Assembly (NCBI GenBank): GCA_965208575.1
Contig: CBDBOV010000006.1
Coordinates: forward strand, 1,472,001-1,536,000
Source: Spirochaetia bacterium
GTDB lineage: Bacteria; Spirochaetota; Spirochaetia; SZUA-6; Bin103
Reading direction: 5' to 3'
Length of the DNA: 64,000 bases
Part shown: positions 10,198 through 18,976 of the stretch, in pieces
How the letters are laid out: each line of letters opens with the position of its first letter
How positions within the stretch are numbered: the first letter of the stretch is position 1
Program-made: the position numbers and the translations under genes
The notes under the pieces: generated by a model
What the model was told of the DNA's origin: nothing
Seen by the model: the letters and a program-made list of their open reading frames with translations, nothing else
The model's database searches: none

Positions 10198-11052
10198 TCA
10201 ATTCGGCAGGTCCGGGTCGAAGCCGAGGCCGCGGCGTTTCATGCTCACGAAGCCGGCGGCGGCGATCACCACGTGGTCGTGCAGGCAGATGTCCATCGTT
10301 TCGGCGCTGCGCGCGAGGCGGCGGGTGACGCGGATGTCGTCGGCACTGGGACACGGATCGCCGGAGGGATGGTTGTGCGCCACGATAATGTTGGGGCAGT
10401 TGTCCTTGATCGCCGGCCTGAGCACTTCGGCGATCCGTACCGACGCCGAGTTGACCGTGCCCTGATACACCTCGTGCACGCGCAGCAGCTCCTGCTTGGT
10501 GTTGAGCAGCAGCACGCACAGTTTCTCCTGCGCCAACGGCGCGAGATCGGCGCGCAGCAGCAGGTCGACATCTTCGGGCGTGCTCATCAGGGGCCGGTCC
10601 GCGGGTCCGAGCGAGGCTGAGCGCCGTCCCAACTCCAGCGCGGCCAGAATCTGGCATGCCTTGGTCTCGCTGATCCCGCGCAGCGAGCACAGCTCCGCCA
10701 CCGAAGCGTGCGCCAGCCCGCGCAGGCCGGCGAAATCGGCGAGCAGCCGTGCCGACAGTTGCAGCACGCTCGCGCCGGCCGACCCGGTCCGCAGCAGGAT
10801 CGCGATCAACTCGGCGTTGGACAGAATGCGCGCACCGGCTGCCAGCAGCCGTTCGCGCGGGCGTTCGGCAGGCGGCAGGTCGCGCACGTCGGCGTGGTAG
10901 TTGAACGCCGGATAGCGGATCGGCTCGTCGCGGTCTCTCGCGCGGTGCACCGGTACCGCGCCGGGCAGGGATGGCGGCGCCTGCGGTGCGATGACTGGTG
11001 CGGGGTGCGGCACGCGTATGCGTGGCAGGCCATTGCTGGTTGTGGTGTCCAT
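10198..11052 (-). CDS. radC: RadC family JAB-domain protein
   Basis: ERPRERL...LSNAELIAILLRTG, HhH region, AHNHPSGDPCPSADD, LHDHVVI; start uncertain. Confidence 0.92.
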   Translation of the reverse strand: MDTTTSNGLPRIRVPHPAPVIAPQAPPSLPGAVPVHRARDRDEPIRYPAFNYHADVRDLPPAERPRERLLAAGARILSNAELIAILLRTGSAGASVLQLSARLLADFAGLRGLAHASVAELCSLRGISETKACQILAALELGRRSASLGPADRPLMSTPEDVDLLLRADLAPLAQEKLCVLLLNTKQELLRVHEVYQGTVNSASVRIAEVLRPAIKDNCPNIIVAHNHPSGDPCPSADDIRVTRRLARSAETMDICLHDHVVIAAAGFVSMKRRGLGFDPDLPN

Positions 11053-11265
11053 GTCACTGACAATGGCGCGCCATGGCCTGGCGCTTTGGCGCGCCGCGTC
11101 CGGACGGCGCCGGCAGGGCTTGGCGGACGCTTGCGGGCGCTCTTGCGGCGCTTGACATCGACCGGCACCCTCTTGCCACTATCGGGCCACCCCGCCCGGC
11201 TGCACCGGGGCGGCCGTGCCGCCTCCCGGTTGCCGGCAAGCCGGCAAGGAGACCAAAGCGCCGCA

Positions 11266-12321
11266 ATGGAAGCATGGCTGACCGGACTGGCTCAGCAACT
11301 ACCGCTCGCCGCCCTGTTTGCGATCATCGCGGGATCGATCCTGGTGCTGGTCAAGGGTGCGGACCTGCTGGTCGACCAGGCAGTGGCGCTGTCGCTGCGC
11401 TGGGGAGTGCCCACCATGCTGATCGGCGCCACCATCGTCAGCATCGGCACCACCCTGCCGGAGGCCTCGGTCAGCGTGTTCGCGGCGCTGCAGGGTGCCC
11501 CCGGCCTGGCGCTCGGCAACGCGGTCGGCTCGATTATCGCCGATACCGGGCTGATCCTCGGTCTGGCGATCCTGATCGGGCGGGTGCCGGTCGACCGGCG
11601 GCTGGTGAGCCGGCAGAGCTGGATCCAGGTGGCGAGCGCGCTGCTGCTGGTGGCGGCGTGCGTACCCTACCTTGCGCTGCGCGGCACCTTCAGCGCCGGC
11701 GGACGGCTGCCGCAACTGGCCGGGGTCGCCTTCCTGGTGCTGCTTGTGCTCTACCTGTGGCGCTCCATCGCCTGGTCCAAGGACGCACCGGCGCCCGGCG
11801 CGGAGGAGGCCGAGGCGCACGCCGGCGCCGCCGACCAGGGCACGCTGCCGGCGCTGCTGAAGCTGGCGGCGGGCCTGGCGATGGTAGTGGTCGGGTCACG
11901 CCTGCTGATTCCGGCCGTGGAGGAGACCGCGCTGCGGCTGCACATACCGGACGCCATCATCGCCGCCACGCTGGTCGCATTCGGCACCTCGCTGCCGGAG
12001 CTGGTCACCTCGGTCACGGCGGTGCGCAAGGGGCACGGCGCCCTGGCGATCGGCAACGTGCTCGGCGCCGACGTGCTGAACGTACTGTTCGTGAGCGGCG
12101 CCGCCGCCGCCGCGACGCGCGGCGGGCTGGCGGTGCCGCCGCAGTTCTTCTTCCTGTTCTTCCCGTCGATGCTGTTCGTGGTGCTGGTGCTGCGCGTCGG
12201 CGTGAGCCGCGCCGAGGGCGAGTTCAGCAAGGGCTTCGGCTTCGTGCTGCTGGCCGCCTACCTGGTCACCGTGGTGCTCGGCTACGTGGTCCCCGGCTCC
12301 CCCGGCGACCCGCACGGCTGA
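11266..12321 (+). CDS. Calcium/sodium antiporter (CaCA family)
   Basis: Two alpha repeats GTTLPE / GTSLPE, GNAVGS, GNVLGAD; multiple TM helices; GGAG RBS. Confidence 0.92.
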   Translation: MEAWLTGLAQQLPLAALFAIIAGSILVLVKGADLLVDQAVALSLRWGVPTMLIGATIVSIGTTLPEASVSVFAALQGAPGLALGNAVGSIIADTGLILGLAILIGRVPVDRRLVSRQSWIQVASALLLVAACVPYLALRGTFSAGGRLPQLAGVAFLVLLVLYLWRSIAWSKDAPAPGAEEAEAHAGAADQGTLPALLKLAAGLAMVVVGSRLLIPAVEETALRLHIPDAIIAATLVAFGTSLPELVTSVTAVRKGHGALAIGNVLGADVLNVLFVSGAAAAATRGGLAVPPQFFFLFFPSMLFVVLVLRVGVSRAEGEFSKGFGFVLLAAYLVTVVLGYVVPGSPGDPHG

Positions 12322-12458
12322 TCAGCGCGCCGGAGCATGACCGGTGCCGCGCCGGGACGAGGCGGCACGATGCACGCACGTGCACGGCGCGGCCGGGAGG
12401 GATAACGTCCGGCTTCCCCGAACGAGGCAATTGCAGGTGTGACGGTCTTGTATTAAGT

Positions 12459-12536
12459 TTCCCGGAAGTTACCCGCCGGCAGCGTGCTGTCGGCTCAGGG
12501 GCTGCTCTTCGGAGCGGCCCTTGCTATTTCCGGGAA
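12459..12536 (+). ncRNA. Predicted three-way-junction structured RNA in the pheS leader
   Basis: P1 12459-12469/12526-12536 (11 bp); P2 12475-12482/12487-12494; P3 12497-12507/12512-12522 capped by a cUUCGg tetraloop; G-U pairs favour the + strand. Confidence 0.55.
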
Positions 12537-12556
12537 CATCGTTGCGAACCGCTGTC

Positions 12557-14098
12557 ATGAACGCCGTAGAACAGTTACATCCGCTGGAAATCCGTACCCT
12601 GCGCGCGGTCGCCGGGGATGCGCCGTTCACGGCCGCCGACGTGATGGCGGCGGCCGGGATGAACCTGGGACAGTGCAACCAGGCGTTCAGTTGGCTGGTG
12701 GACAAGGGGCTGATCGAAGAGCGGGAGCGGGTTCGTGAGGTGCGTTACGAGCTGACCGACCTGGGCGAGCAGTACCGCCGCGACGGGCTGCCGGAGGAGC
12801 GCATGGTGGCCCTGCTGCGCGACGCGGGACCGTTGCCAATGCCGGAAATTGCCGCCCGGCTGGGGCTGGAGCAGCGCGACGTGGGTTCCGCTTACGGCGC
12901 CCTGGCGCGGGAAGGCGTGCTGGCGATGGACGGCGGCCGGCAGGTGAGCGCGGCCGGCGGCGACAGCGCGCGCGTGGCCACGGTGCGCGGCCTGCTGGAC
13001 CGGCTGGCCGGCGCCGGCCCGGAGGCGGCGGAGGCGCTGACCGGCGCGGAGCGCGAGCAGGCGGCGGCGCTGAGCCGCAAGCGGGGTGCGGCGCGCGGCG
13101 TGTTTCGCGCCACCGAGAACGAGACGGTGAGCTACGCGCTTACCCCGGCTGGAGAAGAGATGCGGCGCGCGGCGGCGGAAGCCGGCCTCAGCGGCGTGGA
13201 GGCGGGGGCGCTGACGCAGGAGATGCTGGCCGACGGCTCCTGGCGCCGGGTGCAGTTCCGCCGCTACAATGTCAACTCGCCGCCGGGACGGGTGCTGCTC
13301 GGGCGCCGCAACCCGTACACCGCCTACCTGGACCGGGTGCGCGACCAGCTCACCGCGCTCGGCTTCGAGGAGTTCGACGGGCCGCTGGTGGAGACCAACT
13401 TCTGGTGCTGCGACGCGTTGTTCATGCCGCAGTTCCACGCCGCCCGCGACGAGCACGACGTGTACTTCATCAAGGAGCCGCGCCACGCCAGTCACCTGCC
13501 GGAACCCTACCTGCAGCGGGTCGCGGCCACCCACGCCGACGGCTGGCAGACCGGCAGCCGCGGCTGGGGCTACCGCTTCGACCCCGACTTCGCGCGCCGC
13601 ACCATCCTGCGCAGCCACGGTACCGTGGTGTCCGCCAAGACCCTTACCCGCGCCAAGGTGCCGGGCAAGTACTTCGGCATCATGCGCTGCTTCCGGCCCG
13701 ACGACGTGGACGCCTCGCACCTGGCCGACTTCTACCAGACCGAGGGCATCGTGCTCGGCGAGCACGTCAACCTGAAGACCCTGCTCGGGCTGCTCAAGCT
13801 GTTCGCCGAGGAGGTGGCCGGCGCGGCCAGTGCCGACGTGCGCTACGAGCCCGCCTACTTCCCGTTCACGGAACCGTCGGTGGAGGTGTTCATCCGCCAT
13901 CCCACGGTGGGCTGGATCGAGCTCGGCGGGTCGGGGATCTTCCGGCCCGAGGTGACCCGCCCGCTCGGCGTCGACGTGCCGGTGCTGGCGTGGGGCCTGG
14001 GCATCGACCGCATGGCGATGATGTCGCTCGGCATCGACGACATCCGCGACCTGTTCTCGCCCGACCTGGACCAGGTGCGGCGCCGCGTGGCGCATTGA
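12557..14098 (+). CDS. pheS: Phenylalanine-tRNA ligase alpha subunit, archaeal/eukaryal type
   Basis: ~510 aa with N-terminal winged-helix extension; FWCCDALFMPQFHAARDEHD, FRPDDVDASHLADFYQTEG, YFPFTEPS, WGLGIDR. Confidence 0.95.
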   Translation: MNAVEQLHPLEIRTLRAVAGDAPFTAADVMAAAGMNLGQCNQAFSWLVDKGLIEERERVREVRYELTDLGEQYRRDGLPEERMVALLRDAGPLPMPEIAARLGLEQRDVGSAYGALAREGVLAMDGGRQVSAAGGDSARVATVRGLLDRLAGAGPEAAEALTGAEREQAAALSRKRGAARGVFRATENETVSYALTPAGEEMRRAAAEAGLSGVEAGALTQEMLADGSWRRVQFRRYNVNSPPGRVLLGRRNPYTAYLDRVRDQLTALGFEEFDGPLVETNFWCCDALFMPQFHAARDEHDVYFIKEPRHASHLPEPYLQRVAATHADGWQTGSRGWGYRFDPDFARRTILRSHGTVVSAKTLTRAKVPGKYFGIMRCFRPDDVDASHLADFYQTEGIVLGEHVNLKTLLGLLKLFAEEVAGAASADVRYEPAYFPFTEPSVEVFIRHPTVGWIELGGSGIFRPEVTRPLGVDVPVLAWGLGIDRMAMMSLGIDDIRDLFSPDLDQVRRRVAH

Positions 14099-14119
14099 GC
14101 GGGGGCGAGCGAGAGACCC

Positions 14120-14350
14120 ATGCCGACCGTTGACGTCCGTGAGGAATTGCTCGCCGAGTTGTTGAGCGCCGCGGTGCCGGGTGGCGCACCGAGCGGGGGG
14201 ATCCATGCCGACCATTGACGTACGCGACGAACTGCTCGCCGAGCTGTTGGGCACCGCGGTGCCGGGTGGCGCACGGAGCGAGGGGATCGATGCCGACCAT
14301 TGACGTTCGCGACGAGTTGCTCGCCGAGTTGTTGGGCGCCGCGGTGCCGG
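14120..14350 (+). repeat. Three tandem diverged copies (85-bp period) of the pheS-end/pheT-start junction
   Basis: ATGCCGACC(G/A)TTGACGT...CTCGCCGAG(T/C)TGTTG...GCGGTGCCGG starts at 14120, 14205 and 14290; only the third is in frame with pheT. Confidence 0.9.
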
Positions 14351-16044
14351 CGGACGACGAGTTGGAGCGCCTGCTGTCTACGGCAAAGGCGGAGGTGGAG
14401 GGCTACGATCCGGCTACCGGCGTGCGCCGGGTCGAACTCAAGGACACCAGCCGCCCCGACCTGTGGACCACCCCCGGGCTGGCCCGCCACCTGCGCTGCT
14501 ACCGCGGCGGCGCGCTGCCCGACTACCCGTTCGTATCCACCGGCGCGGCGCCGCCCGCCACCGGCGAACGGGTGGTGGAAGTGGACCCGGCGCTGGCGAA
14601 GATCCGGCCCTGCATCGCCGCGTTCACGGCCGCCGGGCCGCCGGTCAGCGAGGCGCTGCTGCTGGAGTTGATCCAGTCGCAGGAGAAGCTGTCCGACAGC
14701 TACGGCCAGCGCCGCCGCGCCATCGCCATGGGCCTGTACCGCGCCGGCGCCATCGAGTGGCCGGTGCGCTACCGCGCCGCGCCGCCGGACACCACCCGCT
14801 TCGTGCCGCTCGGCTTGGAGCGCGAGTTGTCGCTGACCGAGATACTCGACCAGCACCCCAAGGGCAAGGAATACGGCCACATCGTGCGCGGGCAGCCGGC
14901 GTTCCCTTACCTGGAGGACGCCGCCGGCGCCACGCTGTCGTTCCCGCCGGTAATCAACAGCGCCGGCCTCGGCAGCGTGGTGGTGGGCGACGACCACTTT
15001 TTCGTCGAACTCACCGGCCCGCACCTGGACACCCTGCTCCTGGTGGCCTCGATCGCCGCCTGCGACCTGGCCGACGCCGGCTACACCATCGAGCCGGTGC
15101 TGGTCCGCTACCCCTACGACACCGCCCACGGCCGCGACGTGGTGACGCCGCGCTACTTCCAGGCCGAAACCCGCATCGAGCTGGCGGCCGCCGAACGCCT
15201 GCTCGGCGAGACGATCGCCCCCGAGGAGGGACGCCGCCTGGTGCAGCGCATGGGCAGCCGCGCGCGCGTTGAAGGATCCTCCGTGGTGGTGACCCCGCCG
15301 CCGTACCGCAACGACTTCATGCACCCCGTCGACGTGGTGGAGGAGATCGCGATCGGGCGCGGGCTCGGCACCTTCGAGCCGGAGTTGCCGGACGAGTTCA
15401 CGCCCGGCCACCTGACCGAGCAGACCCGCTTCGGGCGTGCCGCACGCGACGTGCTGGTGGGGCTTGGCTACCAGGAGATGATCTTCAACTACCTGGGCGC
15501 GCGCCGCGACTACACCGAGCGCATGAACGCGCCGGACCGGGTGCTGGTGGAGGTGGCCAACCCGATGACCGAGAACTACGCCGTGGTGCGCGACTCGATC
15601 ATCCCCTGCCTGCTGGCGGCCGAGATGAGCTCCCAGAACGCCGCCTACCCGCACCACATGTTCGAGGTCGGCAAGGTGGCGCTGCCCGACGCCGCCGACC
15701 CCACCGGCTCGCGCACCGTCGACGCCTGCACGCTGCTGGTGGCCGACCGCGCCGCCGGCTTCAACGACGTCAGCGCCCACCTCGCCGCGCTGCTGTTCTA
15801 CCTCGGCGCCGAGCACCGCCTCATCGAGTTGGACGACCCCCGCTTCATCCCGGGCCGCGCCGCCCGCGTCGAGGCCGCCGCCCCTGCCGCCCCCGCCGCG
15901 GAACGCGGCCAGCGCACCTGGACCCCCATCGGCGTGCTCGGCGAACTGCACCCCGCCGTGCTGGAGCACTGGTCGATCGGCATGCCCTGCGCCGCCGTCG
16001 AACTCCACCTCGACCCCCTCCGCACCACCCTGCACCGCGTCTGA
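14290..16044 (+). CDS. pheT: Phenylalanine-tRNA ligase beta subunit, archaeal/eukaryal type
   Basis: MPTIDV start, SRPDLW, QEKL..YG.RR..IAMG, SFPPVINS, PPYRNDFMHPVDVVEEIAIG, GELHP; no OB-fold or FDX-ACB domains. Confidence 0.94.
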   Translation: MPTIDVRDELLAELLGAAVPADDELERLLSTAKAEVEGYDPATGVRRVELKDTSRPDLWTTPGLARHLRCYRGGALPDYPFVSTGAAPPATGERVVEVDPALAKIRPCIAAFTAAGPPVSEALLLELIQSQEKLSDSYGQRRRAIAMGLYRAGAIEWPVRYRAAPPDTTRFVPLGLERELSLTEILDQHPKGKEYGHIVRGQPAFPYLEDAAGATLSFPPVINSAGLGSVVVGDDHFFVELTGPHLDTLLLVASIAACDLADAGYTIEPVLVRYPYDTAHGRDVVTPRYFQAETRIELAAAERLLGETIAPEEGRRLVQRMGSRARVEGSSVVVTPPPYRNDFMHPVDVVEEIAIGRGLGTFEPELPDEFTPGHLTEQTRFGRAARDVLVGLGYQEMIFNYLGARRDYTERMNAPDRVLVEVANPMTENYAVVRDSIIPCLLAAEMSSQNAAYPHHMFEVGKVALPDAADPTGSRTVDACTLLVADRAAGFNDVSAHLAALLFYLGAEHRLIELDDPRFIPGRAARVEAAAPAAPAAERGQRTWTPIGVLGELHPAVLEHWSIGMPCAAVELHLDPLRTTLHRV

Positions 16045-16094
16045 GCCTGGACAGGCGCCGGAGGGCTCGCTGGGGCTCGCTACCGCGGGTCCCC

Positions 16095-16122
16095 TTGAAC
16101 GAGATATATCTCATGATATACT
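16095..16122 (+). promoter_or_regulatory. vapBC promoter with palindromic operator
   Basis: TTGAAC (16095-16100), 16 nt, TATACT (16117-16122); perfect palindrome GAGATATATCTC (16101-16112) in the spacer. Confidence 0.7.
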
Positions 16123-16140
16123 ACTCTGAGAGAGGACTCC

Positions 16141-16383
16141 ATGGGGAAGACGGCCAGCTATCGAGGTGTCGCCAAAGTGTTCTGGAGCGGGAGAAGTCAG
16201 GCGGTCCGGCTGCCGGCGGCGTGCCGGTTCGAGACCTCCGAGGTCGAGGTGATCAAGGAGGGGGACCAGGTGACTCTGCGTCCGCGCGGGAAAAACTGGC
16301 GCGCCTACTTCGACCGGGACACGCGGGGATCACTGCCGGCGAGGCAGCAGCCGGCGCTTGAAGAGCGGGACCAGATTCGTTGA
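16141..16383 (+). CDS. vapB: VapB antitoxin (AbrB/MazE fold)
   Basis: AKVFWSGRSQAVRLP..RF...EVEV.KEGD.V.LRP; overlaps vapC. Confidence 0.9.
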   Translation: MGKTASYRGVAKVFWSGRSQAVRLPAACRFETSEVEVIKEGDQVTLRPRGKNWRAYFDRDTRGSLPARQQPALEERDQIR

Positions 16384-16775
16384 GGTACATGCTCGATACG
16401 AACATCTGCATCTACGTCATCAACGAGCGTGATCACGGTGTCCTGGAAAGGTTCGAAGAACACTCCGCCCGGATATGCATCTCGTCAATCACGTACGCGG
16501 AGTTGTGCTACGGGGTCGTGAATTCGGCTCACATCGAGCGCAACACGCGGGAACTGGACGCGTTTCGGCTCGACCTCGAGATCCTGCCGTTCGGGGAGGA
16601 GGCGGGGATGCACTACGCGGAAATCCGGCGTGCCTTACGGCAGCGCGGCACCCCGATCGGCGCCAATGACCTCCTCCTGGCAGCCCATGCACGCAGCCTG
16701 GGTGCTACCCTGGTCACCAACAACCGCAACGAGTTCGACCGGGTGCCGGAACTGAACGTGGCGAACTGGGTATGA
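16380..16775 (+). CDS. vapC: VapC PIN-domain toxin
   Basis: YMLDTNICIY, ITYAEL.YG, PIGANDLLLAAHA, LVTNN..EF.RV..L...NW. Confidence 0.93.
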   Translation: MRYMLDTNICIYVINERDHGVLERFEEHSARICISSITYAELCYGVVNSAHIERNTRELDAFRLDLEILPFGEEAGMHYAEIRRALRQRGTPIGANDLLLAAHARSLGATLVTNNRNEFDRVPELNVANWV

Positions 16776-16827
16776 AGATCATGCCTGGACGGCGCGCTCG
16801 CCCGTTGCCGAATGCTTTGGAGACGTC

Positions 16828-18309
16828 ATGCTGACCCGCATCGAAGTAGATGGCTTCAAGAACCTGGTCGATTTCGCGCTGGACTTTGGCCCCTACACCT
16901 GCGTCGCGGGGGTAAACGGCGTGGGCAAGTCGAACATCTTCGACGCGATTCGGTTTCTATCGCTCTTGACCGACCATACGATCAATCAAGCCGCCCTCCA
17001 GATTCGTAGTCCCGAGCAGGGCACCGGCGAGATCGGAGATCTGTTCTTCTTCGCAAATGGCGAGAGCCGGCGGAGAATCGCCATGGCGGCAGAGATGATC
17101 GTCGACAGGCCTGTCGTTGATGACTTCGGACGGCCGGGAGACGCGTCATCGACCTTCCTGCGCTACGAGGTTGCCTTTCGTCACGAGCCACCTTCTCGCT
17201 CGGCCGGACCACTTGGCGGTCTCGTCTTGGAACGCGAGGAGTTGCGGCATATACCATCGGGAGAGGCTGCGGAGAGGCTGCGATTCTCACACAACAAGCG
17301 ACAGTTTCGAAACAGCGTGATCTACAACAAACGGCGCGGGTCCGGGTTTATCTCTACCCGGCCGGACAGGACCATCGTGATTCACCAGGATGGCGGCTCG
17401 TCTGGACAGGCACGTCCGGCTGCACCCGCCGAGCGCGCTCCGCGCACCATAGTGGGGACCGAGAACACCGCGGCGACGCCCACGATCCTGGCCGCGCGAC
17501 GAGAGATGCAGCGCTGGCGTATCCTGGCGCTGGAGCCGTCGGCGATGCGACGGCCGGACAGATTCACGGACGAACCGGGCATCACGGCAGACGGTGGTCA
17601 CATACCGGTTACGCTGCATCATCTGGATACGCAGGCATCCGCCTCGGATGGTGCCGATGAGGGCGACGAGGACATCATGAGCAGGATTGCGAGCCGGCTG
17701 TCGAGCCTTGTACCGGTGCAGGCGGTTCGCGCGGTAAGCGACGATGTGCGGCAGCTCTACGCGCTGGAGCTGGAAGAGCGTACCGGTGTGCGGTTACGGG
17801 CCAATTCGATTTCCGACGGCACGCTGAGGTTCCTGGCGCTGACGGCGATTGCCGAGGCGACCGACGCTACCGGCGTTTACTGCATGGAAGAGCCGGAGAA
17901 CGGTATCCACCCCGAAAAGCTCGCGGCCATGAACCAGTTGCTGCACGACATCGCCGTCGATCTCGATGAGCGTGTCGATTCCGACAACCCGCTTCGCCAA
18001 GTGATCGTCGCTACCCACTCGCCGTACTTCGTGCAACTCCAGAGCCCGGAGGAGTTGGTGATCGCCAAGAACCCCGCCGTGAGAGCGTCGGCAGGGAAAG
18101 CGATATGGCCACTGAGGTGCTATCCGCTTGCCGGAACGTGGCGAGTTCCGAAGCAGCAAGAGGATACGCCTGTCGAGTTGGGGTTGGGCAAGTTGGAGCT
18201 GCAGTCCTATCTGCTACCGCCGGAGGATGCCCAACTCAGATTCCCGGACGAATTCTGGCCGGAACAGCGTCAGGAAAACGGTGACAGTTCGGTTCTTGCT
18301 GATCTGTGA
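16828..18309 (+). CDS. ABC-type (AAA_15/AAA_21-like) ATPase
   Basis: Walker A GVNGVGKS, signature SDGT, Walker B EEPENGIHP, H-loop ATHSP. Confidence 0.88.
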   Translation: MLTRIEVDGFKNLVDFALDFGPYTCVAGVNGVGKSNIFDAIRFLSLLTDHTINQAALQIRSPEQGTGEIGDLFFFANGESRRRIAMAAEMIVDRPVVDDFGRPGDASSTFLRYEVAFRHEPPSRSAGPLGGLVLEREELRHIPSGEAAERLRFSHNKRQFRNSVIYNKRRGSGFISTRPDRTIVIHQDGGSSGQARPAAPAERAPRTIVGTENTAATPTILAARREMQRWRILALEPSAMRRPDRFTDEPGITADGGHIPVTLHHLDTQASASDGADEGDEDIMSRIASRLSSLVPVQAVRAVSDDVRQLYALELEERTGVRLRANSISDGTLRFLALTAIAEATDATGVYCMEEPENGIHPEKLAAMNQLLHDIAVDLDERVDSDNPLRQVIVATHSPYFVQLQSPEELVIAKNPAVRASAGKAIWPLRCYPLAGTWRVPKQQEDTPVELGLGKLELQSYLLPPEDAQLRFPDEFWPEQRQENGDSSVLADL

Positions 18310-18901
18310 GGGTTCGTCAGACGCAGCGCTCATCTTTCACATCCAGAGGCTGCTCATTCATTGCGGTGCCTCGGAGGCGGATGGGACCGCGTCATTTCGT
18401 GGTCGTTCCATCGGTGAGAAGATTCGGCTGGGGCTCCGGCAGTATGGCGCGGCGGATCTGCTGTTCATCCACCGTGACGCCGACAACGCGGGCGCGGATG
18501 CACGGTATACCGAGATCGAGAGAGGCGTATCCGACGCCGGCTATTTCGGAGACTGGGTCGGGATCGTTCCAGTGCGAATGATGGAGGCATGGCTCCTGGT
18601 TGACGAACCGGCTATCCGAAGAGTGGCCGGGCGCCCACGCGGCAGCGAACCGCTTGACCTGCCATCACCTGCCGATCTGGAGGGTCTTGCAGATCCGAAG
18701 CAGAGGTTGCGGGAGGTGCTGCTGAGCGCGGGAGGGCCGCGGGGCGTTCGGCGCAGAAAGAGATTTGTCGCAGGGTTCGGCGGGCTCCGCCGGCAGCTCA
18801 CGGAGAATCTGCCGCTGGGCGGGCCCTTGGAGCAGGTGCCCGCATGGGTGCGATTCCGCGACGATGTTTTCGGGGTGGTGAGAACCCGACTGGGCGGTTG
18901 A
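18281..18901 (+). CDS. DUF4276-like / TOPRIM-like partner of the ABC ATPase
   Basis: LICEGSSD, FIHRDAD, VPVRMMEAWLL.D, E...DPK; overlaps the ATPase 3' end. Confidence 0.75.
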   Translation: MTVRFLLICEGSSDAALIFHIQRLLIHCGASEADGTASFRGRSIGEKIRLGLRQYGAADLLFIHRDADNAGADARYTEIERGVSDAGYFGDWVGIVPVRMMEAWLLVDEPAIRRVAGRPRGSEPLDLPSPADLEGLADPKQRLREVLLSAGGPRGVRRRKRFVAGFGGLRRQLTENLPLGGPLEQVPAWVRFRDDVFGVVRTRLGG

Positions 18902-18976
18902 TGCTGCCGGCGTCGGAGCGGGGGTGCGGAGCGTCGTCTCCGTTGGCGGCGGTGGGCGGAGCGCGTATGATGGGCC

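Noticed and set aside
11183-11265. Possible yybP-ykoY (Mn2+) riboswitch before the Ca/Na antiporter
   Set aside because: Hairpins are present but I cannot find the conserved core motifs; GC-rich stems are expected by chance.
12321-12556. T-box riboswitch or Phe leader peptide upstream of pheS
   Set aside because: No T-box consensus, U-tract terminator or Phe-codon run; reported instead as an unassigned structure.
14120-14350. CRISPR array
   Set aside because: Units are whole 85-bp duplications of coding sequence with no unique spacers; no cas genes in the window.
1306-16035. Many long overlapping or antisense ORFs (e.g. 1306-2643, 4042-5628, 5621-7747, 7479-9308, 12575-14254, 13855-16035)
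   Set aside because: Arg/Gly/Ala-rich shadow frames of real genes in high-GC DNA; no recognisable motifs.
16045-16094. tRNA or integrase-type attachment site at the island left edge
   Set aside because: No cloverleaf, no tyrosine or serine integrase in the window, and no exact direct repeat found by eye.
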